This document shows positions 1 to 15,728 of a stretch of 64,000 bases of DNA, in pieces (position 1 is the stretch's first letter; every line of letters begins with the position of its first letter). Location: the NCBI GenBank assembly GCA_002269645.1, contig NIVC01000056.1, forward strand, positions 496,001-560,000. The letters run 5' to 3'. The position numbers were made by a program, and so were the translations under genes. The notes below the pieces were generated by a model. The model was given only the letters and a program-made list of their open reading frames with translations, did no database searches and was not told where the DNA came from. The stretch is from Macrostomum lignano (lineage: Eukaryota).

Positions 1-1030
1 CTTGGACACGCATTTTGAGAAGTGTTTAGGCATCGAATTGATAGTCAGCACGAATCGAAGCCTTTTCCTACGCGAGCTGCTTCGATGGCTTGTGCTGTTT
101 GTCGACATCTTTGGCATACTTTTATCTGCGGTACTGTTACTGAGTTACTACCACCTACAACGACTCGTGTAAGCAGGGTGACTTGTTGATTTTATGGAAT
201 GATTTTCGAACGTTATTTTGGTAAAGGGTTCAAAGATTGCCTGTTACGAACCTTTCAGAAATGGGCATGAGTGGTTCTCACAAAGCCGCTGCCGGTCCCT
301 GTTCAGCTCATGGTGGAATGCGCTGCTGCTAATACTGATGATTTTATTCCCAGTCGAGCTACTGTTTGTGACGCTCTATGTGCGCACGGACTCCTACTTT
401 GTAGCTGCACCAGTTAACGACTCGGTGCATTTAAACAACGCGGAACGGAACCAAGCTTTCATCGTGATGATTCATAGCATGGTATTCTGCTACTGTTTCG
501 TCCTCCTGCTGTTCATTGCGTTCTTGGGCAGCGCACTATCTAAGCACTGCTGCCTGCTGGTCAACCTGATGCCATCTTTTTTAATACTCTCAGAGCTCAC
601 TCTTCTGACTGTTTGCATCTACAGTTGGCTGTTCATCTTCATGATGCCGTGTGAGCCAGCGTTCACAAGCTATTCAACTTCCAGCTGGCTGTCCACCCTG
701 ATCGGCGTGTTTCAGATCACGTTCTCACCGAGCCTGTCGCTTCCTGGTTACCAAAGCATGTCAATTGTCTACATATTGTACTACATCATTGTTTCAATAT
801 TTCTATTCAACTTTATGATCGCCCTGCTGTCTGACCGGGTTGCCAGAATCAGCTCTGACCTGGACTTTCGATTCGACATGACCCGCCTGCTGCACGCGTT
901 CGCCTCGCAGAGTCTGAGCCGCTGGATCCGGTCGCGGGTTCGCTCCGTGTTTAGACGAAATCGAGGGCAAGAGTTGGAGTTGGATGAAAGCGAATATCGG
1001 CTAGATGTTTTGATGCCGAATTTTGATTAA
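1..1030 (+). CDS. 3' part of a multi-pass ion-channel gene, TRP-like (TRPV/TRPA-type TM region); 5' end lies outside the window
   Basis: Frame +2 is open from 2 to 168. A GTAAGC...CCTTTCAG intron (169-258) joins it in frame to 259-1030. The product has about 6 hydrophobic segments ending in YIIVSIFLFNFMIALLSDRVARI, which resembles the TRP S6 motif (LLNxLIAxM) followed by a TRP-helix-like segment. Confidence 0.55.
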
Positions 1031-2223
1031 AGTGTGGAAAGAAACACCACAAGCACTTCTCAGGAGCTAGCTCGTACATGTCTATCAATAACGTTGATTA
1101 ACTGTTTCAGGTTATTGTGCTCGACACATTGTTGAACGAACGAACGAAAACGATTGTTATCGACAAGTTTGTTGAAAAAAAAATTAAAAACAGAACTCTG
1201 CTTGATTGTCGGTCTGCCGTAGAATTTTTGAAAAATAGCTTGATAAACCTGTGAGAGCAACTCAAGAAGAGACGCAAACTTGCGTCATTTGAATTTCCAG
1301 AAGCTGAGATATTGGGAAGTCGGTATAAAAAAGACAAAAACTTACTTCCTATTTTGCTAACGCATTCTGCAGATGATGCATACTGCTAGTAGTAGTAGAG
1401 TGGAATGAAAGTTTCTTCGGAATAAATAAACACCTATTAACAAACCGCATCCTACCGCAGGGTAGCTGTCTCGAGGCAAACATTTAGGTGCGAGCGTAAG
1501 CGGCCGCTTTGTTGTTACAGATTAACTCGATGGTCTCGACCGTTATGTAAACGGAGAAAGGTACTCAGATTAACTGATACAGGCCTAATTAAGTAAATTA
1601 ACCAGTTTAAAAAAGTTAGTGAAGAAAAGTTAGAGTTACCACCAATAAGTGACTGACCGCAATTGCAGCTGTTTATAGCGTATTTAAATCCCTAACTGAA
1701 AAGAGGGAATAGTACGAAAACCAAAGTAATATTAGATGATGGAACACCATTTATTTTTTTCATTTAAAATGAATAACATACGAGCGTAGAAAAGGGCGGC
1801 AAATCTTGGCATATGAATTATGGCAAATCTTGGATAAATGATGGAAATTCTTAGAAATGAACAATAATACGCAAATTTACGAGTAAAGAAAAGATGTGTT
1901 TCTACACTGCTTTGATCGTAAAATTATTCATGTCTATTGGCTATTGGTAAAATTTCTTTGTTTAAATTTCGACATGGTACAGTACCTATCCTTCGTATGC
2001 TAAAATAAAAACATTATTTGTTAAATTGCGAATTGAAAATATGATGGAAAGGTCTAGACGTAAATAGAAAGCAAGGTTCGAAAAAATCGAAAGAAAAAAT
2101 TTGCAAGCGAAAAGAAATTTGAATGTTTTTTCTTTCAAGAATGACGCTCAAATCTTGATACACTCGTTGCTGTACTAAAGAAAGCGTCTATATTGTTCTT
2201 GACTGCAAGCAAGAGCAAGCAAG

Positions 2224-4821
<2,598 letters not shown>

Positions 4822-5594
4822 TTTCGGACACTTAATGCTATACAGAAAGAATAAATGAAGAACGCAAATTACAGACCTACTGCTTCACGCAGCAATAGAA
4901 TTTCCAAATAAATGCTGTCTGCCTGGGGTGGGTGAATAAGGAAGCCTGCGGTGCTCACGGTGCGAGCCATTCTGTAACTGAGCGCCAGTGCGGCTGACTT
5001 CGGCTTGGCAGATTGAACTGTGCGCCACTCTGTCGGCATTCACCCTGAATAGAGAGCGAATGAGGTGGGCGCAGTAATTCTCGCTCAGCCCCTGCGATCT
5101 CTTAACTGCTTACCTGCGGTTTCAAACGTTTAGATCCTTTCTCGCGATAGGCAAGACGTTGCACTGGCCTGGCTTCTCCATTTTTGGCAGTCGCCCGGCG
5201 TCAGTAAACAGGGCCGCAGAGCAAGAGTTGGAAAGCAGAAAACTAAACTGGCACTCTTTACTACCCCAACCCTTGCATCTTTCTGCCCCTGAAGTTCTGT
5301 TTATTTTCTTTGCTCTTCATAGCCGGCCACTTTTCGGCTTGTCTACGAGCCAACTACGCTCGTAAATGAGAAATGTTTCATGACTGAAGCATAACTAAGA
5401 AGAATCTTATTTTGCTTCTCTCCAGATGATAAAGCTAGCACTCCATGGACTTTCTTCTGGCATTGCACTTTAGCAGATTCCGTCACTTACATTGAGTCAC
5501 CGTGTTGCGCTTGCATCCGGAAGAAATTTCACGATTGCAATGACAAAATCAGCTCTCACTAGCTACAGCAAATCTTTTAAAAGTAATAATAATT

Positions 5595-5883
5595 TATTAC
5601 ACCTGTCATGCGCATATGTGCAACCAACAGCTCAGCCGAAGATACTAGTATTGTGCTGCGTATCTGAAGGCTGTGGACGGCTGTTCAGTCCAAGGACTGG
5701 GGGCCGCCACACACACCCTGAATTACCCCAGCTAATGCTGGCACCCATTTTACAGATGGGTGAACTGAAGCAATGCAGAGTTAAGTGTCTCGCTCAAGGA
5801 CAAATTTTTCCGAGCGGGTCGAGAATCGAACCCCAAACCTTTCACTCGTGAGTCCGATGCTTTAACCACTAGGCTATAATCCC
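5595..5883 (-). mobile_element. SINE family A copy
   Basis: Same body as 2856-3129. Confidence 0.85.
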
Positions 5884-6373
5884 TTAATGGCTAAAACCCG
5901 TCACCAGCTTACCAGCACGTTTGTATCATATAATTTTTTCAGTTAAAAATTCTTGTAACTTAAATTTAATAAAAGTCAAAGAAAATTCATCAAACCAAAA
6001 ATCAATAGCCCAGATCAACACGCTTTTTCGTTTGAATTTCAGTCAAAGTCTTGAGTAGATCTTGATTAGATTATGAATAATTGGGCTATTTTTTCACAGG
6101 GAAATTTCTCCCCGTCTAGTCAAACATAATATACGCTCGCATAAGGTTGCTTGCTTTACCGTGTCATTTCTCATTAATCAAAAAACCTTGTACTGTACGC
6201 TTGTACTGTACTGTACTGTAAATATGTACCGTAAACTATACTTGACCCCACATTTTGTTAAATTAGTAAATGAATGATGTGTTCCCTACTGCCAAGACTT
6301 TCTTAGTAATCAAGGAACAATCACTTCTAGCTACTGCTAGGCAACCCAGTTATCAAATATAGGTACCGCTTAC

Positions 6374-6651
6374 CTTGATTTCGTATGAGATATCTCTTCT
6401 GTAGTTCTCGTTGTAGATCTCGCAGTAGATCTCGTCAGTTGTCTTCCGAAAGAATTGACTTGAATATGTTGTTCTGGTCCTGCTTCTTCTTGTGCTTCCA
6501 ATGAAGTAGTTTCCGGCCGGTATCTGCAGTCAGGACCAACCAGAGGCCTCGTATCAAATAATGGGATCCTGCGCCTTACTGCGGTTTCAATTAAGCCTTT
6601 TCCTTCTAGCAGTGCCTCAATGCACTCTAGGTATAGCTCCGGTAATCGAAT
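6374..6651 (-). CDS. Candidate additional upstream coding exon of the ETS gene
   Basis: Open 278-nt segment between CCTGTAG| and AAG|GTAAGC, encoding IRLPELYLECIEALLEGK...SHTKS. Its phase-2 end fits the TAG acceptor at 4838, 16 nt before the ATG at 4821. Confidence 0.35.
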
Positions 6652-7567
6652 CTACAGGATTGAAGGACTACCCTGTATCTATCTACAGGGTAGTCCTTCT
6701 GGAGACTACGACCAATGGAGTCACAAATGTACATTTGCACAAGTCTTTCATGTTGATTTTTTATTGTACAAGTTTTCCTAGTGTTGTAGCAGCGATCAGG
6801 TGCAGTTAGCAACACATAATCCACATACACGCCAATGGCAGCTTGAGAGTTGAGGGTTCTGACTTCGCTTGCATCAAACCAAGGGTTGGAAGCTGTTCAT
6901 GAGAAATTCGATCCCGGAATCTGGGGCCTGCTTTAGTTCGAATTTTTTTAGTTGTTCCGTACAAATTTCTTCTTCCAATTTTCCCTTTGGAAACGCTGTT
7001 ACGACATTCATTCGGTGAGTTTCGAATGTTTTTCACTTCCAAAAGCTAGGAGAGTCTCAATATGTATAAATAAAACACTGGTGCAATAAACTTTTCCTCA
7101 TAATCCACGCCTTACTCGTAGTCTCTCATTGTATCTGTCAATCAACAATATACCAATATTGATAGGCTGAAACGCTGAGACTGTCTATGGTAAAATCCCA
7201 TTTACTCCAACGAATTCAGTCGGTTTAACGGCCCGCTAAAAATGTCTATGGCAGTCAGAAGACAGTGGGGTCAAGGGGGCGCTTAGCCCTCTTGTGGGGG
7301 TGTGGGGGTGGAGCCCCCACATTTGCACACCAGCATTCTAGAGAAAGAAAGAATGAATGATATCTAAGAAATTGTCTATGGCCAAAACTCCCTATTTTGT
7401 GAATAAAAAAATGTTACTGAGAATAAGCATGCTTAAATGACTCGTGATTGCGTATTGGCTGGAGTCTTTTAATGCACGAGAAATATATATCGTGTTACAA
7501 TACTACTCAATACTTGGTTTTGAGTGCCATAGACATTTAAGCACTCAAAACCAAGTATTGAATCATA

Positions 7568-8227
7568 ACGGGTGTCCCAAAAAAAGGTAACACTTTGTGC
7601 GCTCACTGTGAGTGAGCAGTTAGGCCTATAGCACAGTAATTTAACAGGTCCACAGTAAACATTTGTAAGTTTTTCCCACAAACATTTTGTTGCGAAAAAT
7701 TGCTCCAGAGGCGAGTTATTGAGCACAGAAGTGTACGCTAGCTTTTCTGCCAAGATTTGCCATACACAGCTGCCATAGACAATCTTTTGCTTTAAAAAAT
7801 CTTAAGGAGCATAGACTCTGAGACGGTGTGTGGTCAAATACCAGTTTATTTGAAAAATCGTTATTGAGTTTTTGAGCTTGTAAGTGTACGCTAGCTTCTC
7901 TGCTAAGCTTTGCCATAGACGGAGGCCATAGACAATCTTTTGCGTAAGAAAAATGACAGAGCATGCATAGACTCTGAGACTGATCTAACGTTAAAATTTT
8001 TAAAGCAAAAGATTGTCTACGGCAGCTGTGTATGGCAAAGCTTGGCAGAAAAGCTAGCGTACACTTCTGTGCTCAATAACTCGCCTCTGGAGCAATTTTT
8101 CGCAACCAAATGTTTGTGGGAAAAAACTTACAAATGTTTACTGTGGACCTGTTAAATTACTGTGCTATAGGCCTAACTGCTCACTCACAGTGAGCGCACA
8201 AAGTGTTACCTTTTTTGGGACACCCGT
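7568..8227. mobile_element. MITE (non-autonomous Tc1/mariner-like) with ~235-bp terminal inverted repeats
   Basis: Starts ACGGGTGTCCCAAAAAAAGG and ends CCTTTTTTGGGACACCCGT. Flanked by TA on both sides (7566-7567, 8228-8229). Arms ~7568-7800 and ~7995-8227 are near-perfect reverse complements. Confidence 0.85.
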
Positions 8228-9283
8228 TATATTCTTCAAGTCAGACTGCGTTAAGTGGTATGAAATTAACTAAATACTTATATGCATACGAGTTTTTTAT
8301 TTATTAAAGTCAGCCATAGATACTTGCAGCGGGAGAGTTGCCGTTTCACCCCATTTCAATACGCTTAGGCTAACTATAATCAAGTACATGTATTTCAAAC
8401 GAGTGGCCTATTTGCAGACAAAAGTTTTTCGTCCTTTTGGTGGCAAAACTAACTTTTGTAGGTTTCAGATTTGCCTTGGTGATTCGCACTCGGAATTTTC
8501 AGCCTCTTGCCAATTCATTGGAGTATGAACTGTCGAATGCTTTCTTTAGATTGAGTCTTCGGGTCTTCAGTCTGTGTTTCATTTGATGCTACGTGGGGAC
8601 AGGTGCGTAGTCGGTGTGTTTCGTTGACTTACCTGCTGCCTAAGGCGCCTGTGATGCTCTGTTTTTTAAAAGACCTGACAGCGTATTTTCTTGTAGTTAT
8701 TGTTAACAAGGCCGCTTTCTGACACTCCAGAGCAACAAAACCAACAAGAGTTTTTAGCTGCTTCATCAGCGCCTAATTCGTTAATTCTTGGACTCAGGTC
8801 ACGATATCACGGTATTACGCTCGTAAATGAATTCAATGAAGACAAAAAACTATTTTTTCTAGTTTAGGCCCTAGGTAAGTGGCACAAACATGACTTTTGT
8901 TTCTCAATCTTCTCCATTCAAGGTTAATAGGGAATTTATTAATCTGTCCAATGAACTAGTGCATTGTATAGAGTTAATAGAATGGATAGTGCATTGATTC
9001 AGATTCTAGCATGTAGTATTGAATCTGTGCGAGAATGCCGGATACTAAGCCTAGTTCTTGTTTCATTCTCCCAGACAAATCAATCCTACAAAGCAATGAA
9101 TACGAACAACATAAAAAAGAAGCAAGTTTCTTTGCTAGGATTCTTTCTGATTAGAAAGAAGCAATTTTACGATCAATAAGAGCATGCCAACGTTCCTTTC
9201 CATTTGCCAAGAAGGTCTTTTAACAACTTCCTCGATACAGCTATATTCCAGGCCGCATTGGGCAGCCCCAGAGAAATCCATCT

Positions 9284-12200
9284 CTACAGAGAGGTTCGCC
9301 GCGATCGGGCCGCAGCTGGCTGAGACGCGCCCAACCCGAGGCCGAAGCGTCGGGCAAAGTCGCCGTTGATGCCCTCTTTAGTTTCGTCTACTGTCGAGAC
9401 GTTCGACACCGCTTTAGGCCGGACTTCCGTCTCAATATTTGCGTCGTTGTCCTCGAGGGCGACGATTTCGTCCGCGTCGCGTCGACAATCGTTGGCTGTG
9501 GCGCGCAGGAAACCCGGCCGGCCGGCCACGGATGCTGTGGCAAGGGCCACGGCAGCCACTGCAGCTGCAGCCGCTTTGGCGGTCCTCGCTCGGGTGTGCT
9601 GGCCGCTGTGCTGCCTGGCTGACAGCTCGAAGTGGTGCTGCTCCCAGTTGCGATCGCGCTGCAGCATCTTCGGGCCCAAGAAGGCGATCAGGAAGGCGCC
9701 AATTGGAGCGGTGAGCAGAATCACGAGGGCCGCGATGGTGAGGATCTGGCTGGCCCAGTCGACCTCTTGGTCGTTGCGATTCTGCTTGGATAGGGCCATG
9801 TCAAGAGCCACGGGACCGATAGCGGCCTGGAGCAGAGGGTTGTCAAGGAGGACCACTGCTTGGGTTCTGATTATTGATCATTTCTATACTTAAAATAGCT
9901 ATAATCATTAGTAGGTATCAGTCGAGGTTAGCAAGTCAACCCTGGTGGAGATTCGCATTGCGTTCACGAAATCCAGTATAAGCATAGATACCTATTTGAA
10001 ATGCTATACGTAATTGATTTTAGTCCGATATCGACTGAGCCTTTTGCCTACCTGAACAGTAGCTTTGGGCAGCCAGGAAAATGGCACAAACAGCCGCTCC
10101 CTCAGGCTAAGGTTGGTGCCCAGCACGCACAAGAAGCTGGCGGCCATGCGCAGCGCCAGTCCGATGCCGACCACGCCCAGCCCGCGCGCCAGCTGGCCAG
10201 GCTGGATCTTCTCGAAGTCAATCTGACCGCCGATGAGGCCGAACAGCAGCGGCTGCATGAACCACCACAGCGTGTCCAGCGGGGCCAGCATCGGATTTTT
10301 CTCGTCGCACCAGCCGTCCCAGCGGCGCCAGCCGTAGCCGGATACTAAGGCCAGAGTGAGCACAGCCATGGCTCCTGGAGTTTGAAGTGCGGAAGTTGCA
10401 TGACTAATTTAATGTACTCATGTAATCTGTACAACTGTTTGTTTTTTAATCTACGGCACTTCAAACATTAATCAGAAGTAAAACTCAAAAATAGATTAAT
10501 GCAAGCCACACTTTATTTATCTATTTAAAATCTTATAAGACCAGCAAAAACCAGCAAAAACGTCAGGACCATGCGAGGCAGGGGGCACCCTGGCGCACTT
10601 TATAAGCGACATTGTCACACAACCGGCGAGAGGCACTACTGCCCATTTCGACGACTTTTTCCTGAGCAGGCACACAAGCAAGCGGATACGTACGCAGTCA
10701 TACGCACAGGCACACACTCACAAAGGAGTCTACAGCTACACTTCACTGTGTCCCTGGTGGTTGGCCCTCAAGGGCGTTAATTGCCCGAGCAGAGCCAAGC
10801 TGGGATTCCAGTTTAGCCCCAAAATTAATGTGACTGACTGCAGTTGAAATCCAGACATCAGAGTGCCATGGTAGACCACTGGGCTACGGCCCTCCTGCAA
10901 CGTGGATTATTCCCGAGATTAAAAAATCATGAGCCTAATAAAAATCTGGGTTAATTAGAGTTTTCCATAAATTCTGAGATGCTACACCTTGGAGAGTGCT
11001 AGAATTACCTTTAGTCCCGGTGCAAAGCATTAGGAATGCTACGTACGTCAGGGTTAATTAATCTCACGAACAGAAACACAATTTCGAGAGAAACAGCCTC
11101 AATTCAGTAGTAGGCGGCACGGAGAGCCTTCCCTACTACCCCCAATGTTGACAGGAACAAAAAGAGTTTCGTGCCGTCACCAACTCACTTGGGGAGCGCC
11201 CGTCTCCAGGCTGTCAAACCGGCTTTGGCAATCTGCTCAGCCCCGAGAAGTCCGTGCCGAGTTACCAACCCAGTCATGGCTACATTAATCAAGCGCTCAA
11301 CCTCCTTGGAAAACTGAGTGACACACTTGCAACGCATCACTTTATTCTTGCATCCCATACCCATACGTGGATAGGTTCGGTGTTCCCAATGTCTACATCT
11401 ATTCGTTTGCTTTCGACTCTCAAATGACTTTTTTGCTTCAGTTGAAGATTTTCTTATTCAACCCAATGCACTTTTGCGGCTTATCGCTTGGCGAAGTAAA
11501 ACAGAAAACATTTGTTAAGCTTGGTTATTAAAATACACGATAAAATGAGAGAATGGAAAAGATCTTATTTTGCGTCTCCATCGCGATGTGACCGAACGGC
11601 TTAAATGTGCGAGAGAGGGAAAGAGAAAAATGAATTAATTAGTTGCCAATTAGCAGTGCCGAAGGACAGCGCTTAGTTGATATGAATGGAACGTCGTCCG
11701 CGACTGCAGTCTGATTGAGTTTCGAGGACTTCAGCTCTGTCGAATTGACAGTTGCCCGCAACAGTCACTTCCTCGCTAGCGACTCACCCTGGATGCTGGA
11801 GAGTACGGGAGGCCCTTCAGCCCCGGAGACTGTCACTGGCAGGCAGTTTCATGGGAAGTATCTCAGTCCTTCCCTGCTTAGAAGAATTCCCGCCGTCACT
11901 TCCAGAGCTTGAAATCGAGATCCTTCGCTCAGAATATTTGGATTAAACAAGACAATCCCGATTAAATGCAGACATTTTGCATGCCCAGGGAGCTTTTGAC
12001 ATTCTTTTTGACATATTCCAGGCTGCAGAGGTGAGAAGAAGATCTGACAGATCTAAGCAGGAAAAATGATCTCAACATCGCAGACTAAGCCAAGTAGTCA
12101 TGCCACAAGCGTGATGCATGTCCTCGCACCTCGTAATTGGGCTTGAAACTGCCCACTCCCAACGACGCGTATCTGCTATTGCTATTGACAATCGAAGTTT

Positions 12201-14199
12201 CATCTAACCGCATTTCTTGAGAAATTACTTTCTAAACATTGATATTTAGATTTAAACACAGGGAAGGTAATACTACATGGGATTAACAGCAGTATTGATA
12301 ACCTCTCTTTAAGACTCAGCTTCTCGAGTCTTCACGCGATACTAAACTGGTCATACTGATATATGGAATTGAGGTTGATTGCCAAAAACGATCATATTTA
12401 TCAAAGCAATGGTGAGACAGCGAATTCAGACTCCCCTACAATTCTACTGCATCATTCGATTGATAATTCAGCGAATTCCTGTGCCATATGGAAGCCGGAA
12501 ACCTGGAGAAATATGTCTGACTAGTTATGAGGGCACATTATGCGTAATCATAGCCGGTTCCCAGAGTTCTCAGGCTCAAACATGATTGAATATGATTCCG
12601 AATGAGAACTTTGCTTGTCCATGCTGATCAAGGACAGGAAGACATCAAAAGCAATAGAAAAGACGCAGAAAAAAGTGAGAAAAGTACAACTACACTTAAG
12701 ACACTCCGATACAAACAAGCTTTGTGGAGTCTCTCACCAGCGCCTTTGAGGTGAACCATCTCGCAGCCCAGCAGGGCCACAATGCCAGCTCCGACCAGAA
12801 AAATGAAGCGGAACATGATGGGCCGCTTGTGCTGCCGGTGAGGGATGTACCAGAGCAGCGCGCCGACCGCCGCTCCGTACACGATACCGATCAGAGCGTC
12901 GCGTGGACCGCGGAAAAGTGCCCTGGCGATGCTGCCGTTGCCGCTGCTGCCGCTGCCGTCGGCCGCGATGCCCAGCGCCAGGCTGAAGCCGGTGATGGCC
13001 AGAACGTCGTCCATGGAGGAGGCGGCGATGATGAGCGTCGGGATGCCTTTCTCAACGCCGTAGCCGCGGTACTCCAGTTTCAGCATGCCAAGGACCACTA
13101 CAGCCGGAGACACCGCGCCCAGTACAAAGCCTGTCGTGTTATGAGTGCAGCTCACTTTTTTAGACTTTTCTATGCTTTTAATTTCTATTCATAACTCCTT
13201 ACTGCTACCGTATTTTTGTAATGCTTATAGACCCTAGGATCGATTTGATGAAAACTTGAGTTGATCAACTCGTCAAAACTTTCGAGACTCACCCAGCATA
13301 AATCCCCACTCCCATGGAAAGCCCAGGATCAGGCGAGCGGCGGCCGCGCTCACGAAACTCTCGACCAGGCAGGGCACGAAGGACAGGCGGAACACGGCCG
13401 CTGACAGGCGCCGCAGGGTGTTGGGGTCGAGGCTGAGGCCGGCGCGTAGCAGGATGACGCACAGGGCCAATTCGCGAAGCTTATTGAAGTACTCCTTTCG
13501 AATGTGCCTGGCAACGTTAATCTCCGGAGCGTTGCCAAGGATACAGCCAACAATCAGCATTCCGAGCAGAGGAGGCAAGTTGAGCTTCTTGGACCAGGAG
13601 CTGGCCACCATCGAGCAGACGAACAGCACAAACAGTCCGAAGATGTTTCCACCGTGGCAGGACTTTGTCACGATTGAGTCTGTCGTGCTGTTCGAGTTCT
13701 CATTTTCTGGTACTGAAGAGCTGACGTTTGCTGCTTCGGTCGTATCCATGGGGGTGGCTGCAGTGACAACCAACTCGCAGGTCTGCGGTAGCGCGTTCTC
13801 GCCGACCAGCACAATGAGCGTGCCGTAGAGTACCAGGATGGACACGAGGCCGGTGATCCAGCGAGCCACGTAGCCGTGCGGCGGGCAGCGGCAGCTGAAC
13901 TTGGCCTGCTGCCAGAATGTTGGCTCCTCTGGCAGGGGGTTTTCCGCCGTGGTTGCCGTCGCAGTCACGCGGCCAAAACAGGCGCTCAGGCCTGCGTAAA
14001 ATCTGGAGCATGCGCCCCCGGTTGCATTCTCCGTGTCTACCGATGCAGATTCAGCAGCTGCTCGGCGCAGAGCTGACGGTGTCGGTGGCTCAGCACGCAG
14101 AGCCACCGAGCTGCGCCGACGCGAGGTGTTAGAGGTCTCGTAACGCCGGATGGAGTCGTGAAGAGCCCGCATTGTCTGCAATTTAGCCGCTTTGGCCAT
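9284..14199 (-). CDS. SLC9B2: Na+(Li+)/H+ antiporter of the NHA/SLC9B (CPA2) family, ~721 aa, 4 exons
   Basis: Exons 14199-13293, 13130-12738, 10374-10052 and 9826-9284, GT-AG and phase-consistent (2166 nt). Family motifs include LPPLLGML, ILLRAGLSLD, AVSPAVVV, GIPTLIIAASSMDDVLAI (the DD motif), QPLLFGLIG, SWLPKATVQAAIGP and ILLTAPIGA. Confidence 0.93.
10745..10893 (-). mobile_element. Probable second tRNA-derived SINE (family B), partial
   Basis: The reverse complement starts GGCCGTAGCCCAGTGG (A-box-like). It shares GCCCCAAA(A)TTAATGT with 49078-49262. Confidence 0.45.
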
Positions 14200-14836
14200 A
14201 CACTGCCGCCTCAGTGGGCTTGTTGGCTGTCCTCCTGTCTGACTCTCCGATTCTGTTCTGGTCTCGATGGGTCCGTTATAACTGGTCTGACTTTTTTTAC
14301 GCTCTGTTAACTAAGGATTCTTTAAAGGGTCTGGCTGAGTTCTTTTCTACTTAACAATTTGGATTTTGTACGCTCGTATATTCTGAATGGCGTTCTATCC
14401 TATTTTGGTTTAGTTAGAAAGCGCGGGAATCGCATTTACTATTTAATACGAGATCAGGGCAGCCGTAGCAATTGAATCTCCCTGTCTCTCTCTGGGCCTA
14501 TCGCGGTTCACACAGGGGAGGCGAGATGGGGAGATGCTGCAACCTACTCTGAGTTAGGAAAGGCCGATTAAAGCTCACCAAGCCTTTGCTTCTGGTCTTC
14601 CAATTCCATCCGCCTAACCTCTTGCATTCTAACTGCTTTCTGTTAGCTCCACAATTGTTGCCTTCCGACCGCGTTCTTCCTTGCCGATCCGTCTCCCATT
14701 TCTCTCTCCCATCGTTGTTTTCCCTACTTTTCCCGACTGGGTGGCCCTTGCCGACCCTGAGTACAGCTCTGGGGCTTGAGGCTGCTCTCATCCCCAAAGA
14801 AGTCCGGTTGGGGTAGGGATGCACGGGGAACAGCAG

Positions 14837-14958
<122 letters not shown>

Positions 14959-15467
14959 GACCGTGCAGGGAACAATAGGAAGAGGCAAACATGCACAGTT
15001 TTTATGAACTGACTTCACATTGGGATTCAAACGTGGGAGGAAGTCAAACATAGAATTTTTCGTTAACTCAGGTAGAAACTATTGCCAGTGCGATGTACTA
15101 TTATAATTCATCTCAAAATAAAATATATTTAAAATAGTCTCCAGCTGGATGCACTTTGGTAGATTACAGGGGCGCATTGAAAATGAGTTTGAACTCTGCT
15201 GGTCTGCCAGGATCCCTTCAGATATCGTCTTCGCCTTGAGAAAAGTTGAAGAAAGGTCGAGTTTGGTCTACTTCCATGGTACAGCAGCTTTAAAACTAAC
15301 TAGGTCAATGTCGATCGATACCATTGCTGCTTTTTTGTTTCCAGCAAGTCGAAGTAAATACAAGAAAAGCATTTAGCTCGTAAAACCATTAAGATAGTCA
15401 AAAGCTCCTTCTTTTCAGCTCCAAATTCTTTGCTCCGCGTTTATCGTAAGCCCAATAATAAAAATAA

Positions 15468-15728
15468 CTGATTACACCTGCTCAAATTGGGCCAGATGTG
15501 CAACCGGCAGCTCAGCCGCAGCTATTGCAAAGTCCAAGGACTGGTGGGTTGCCACACACAGCCTCAATTACCCCAGCTAATGCTGGCACCCATTTTACAG
15601 CTGGGTGAACTGAAGCAATGCAGAGTTAAGTGTATAGCTCAAGGACTCAAATAGTTTCAGTGGAATCGGAAATCGAACCCCCGACCTTCAAGTCATGAGT
15701 CCGACGCTCTAACCACTAAGCTACAACC
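15468..15728 (-). mobile_element. SINE family A copy
   Basis: Same body as the other copies. Confidence 0.85.

Noticed and set aside
9366-14132. Several + strand and alternate-frame ORFs over SLC9B exons
   Set aside because: Shadows of GC-rich coding sequence on the opposite strand or in another frame.
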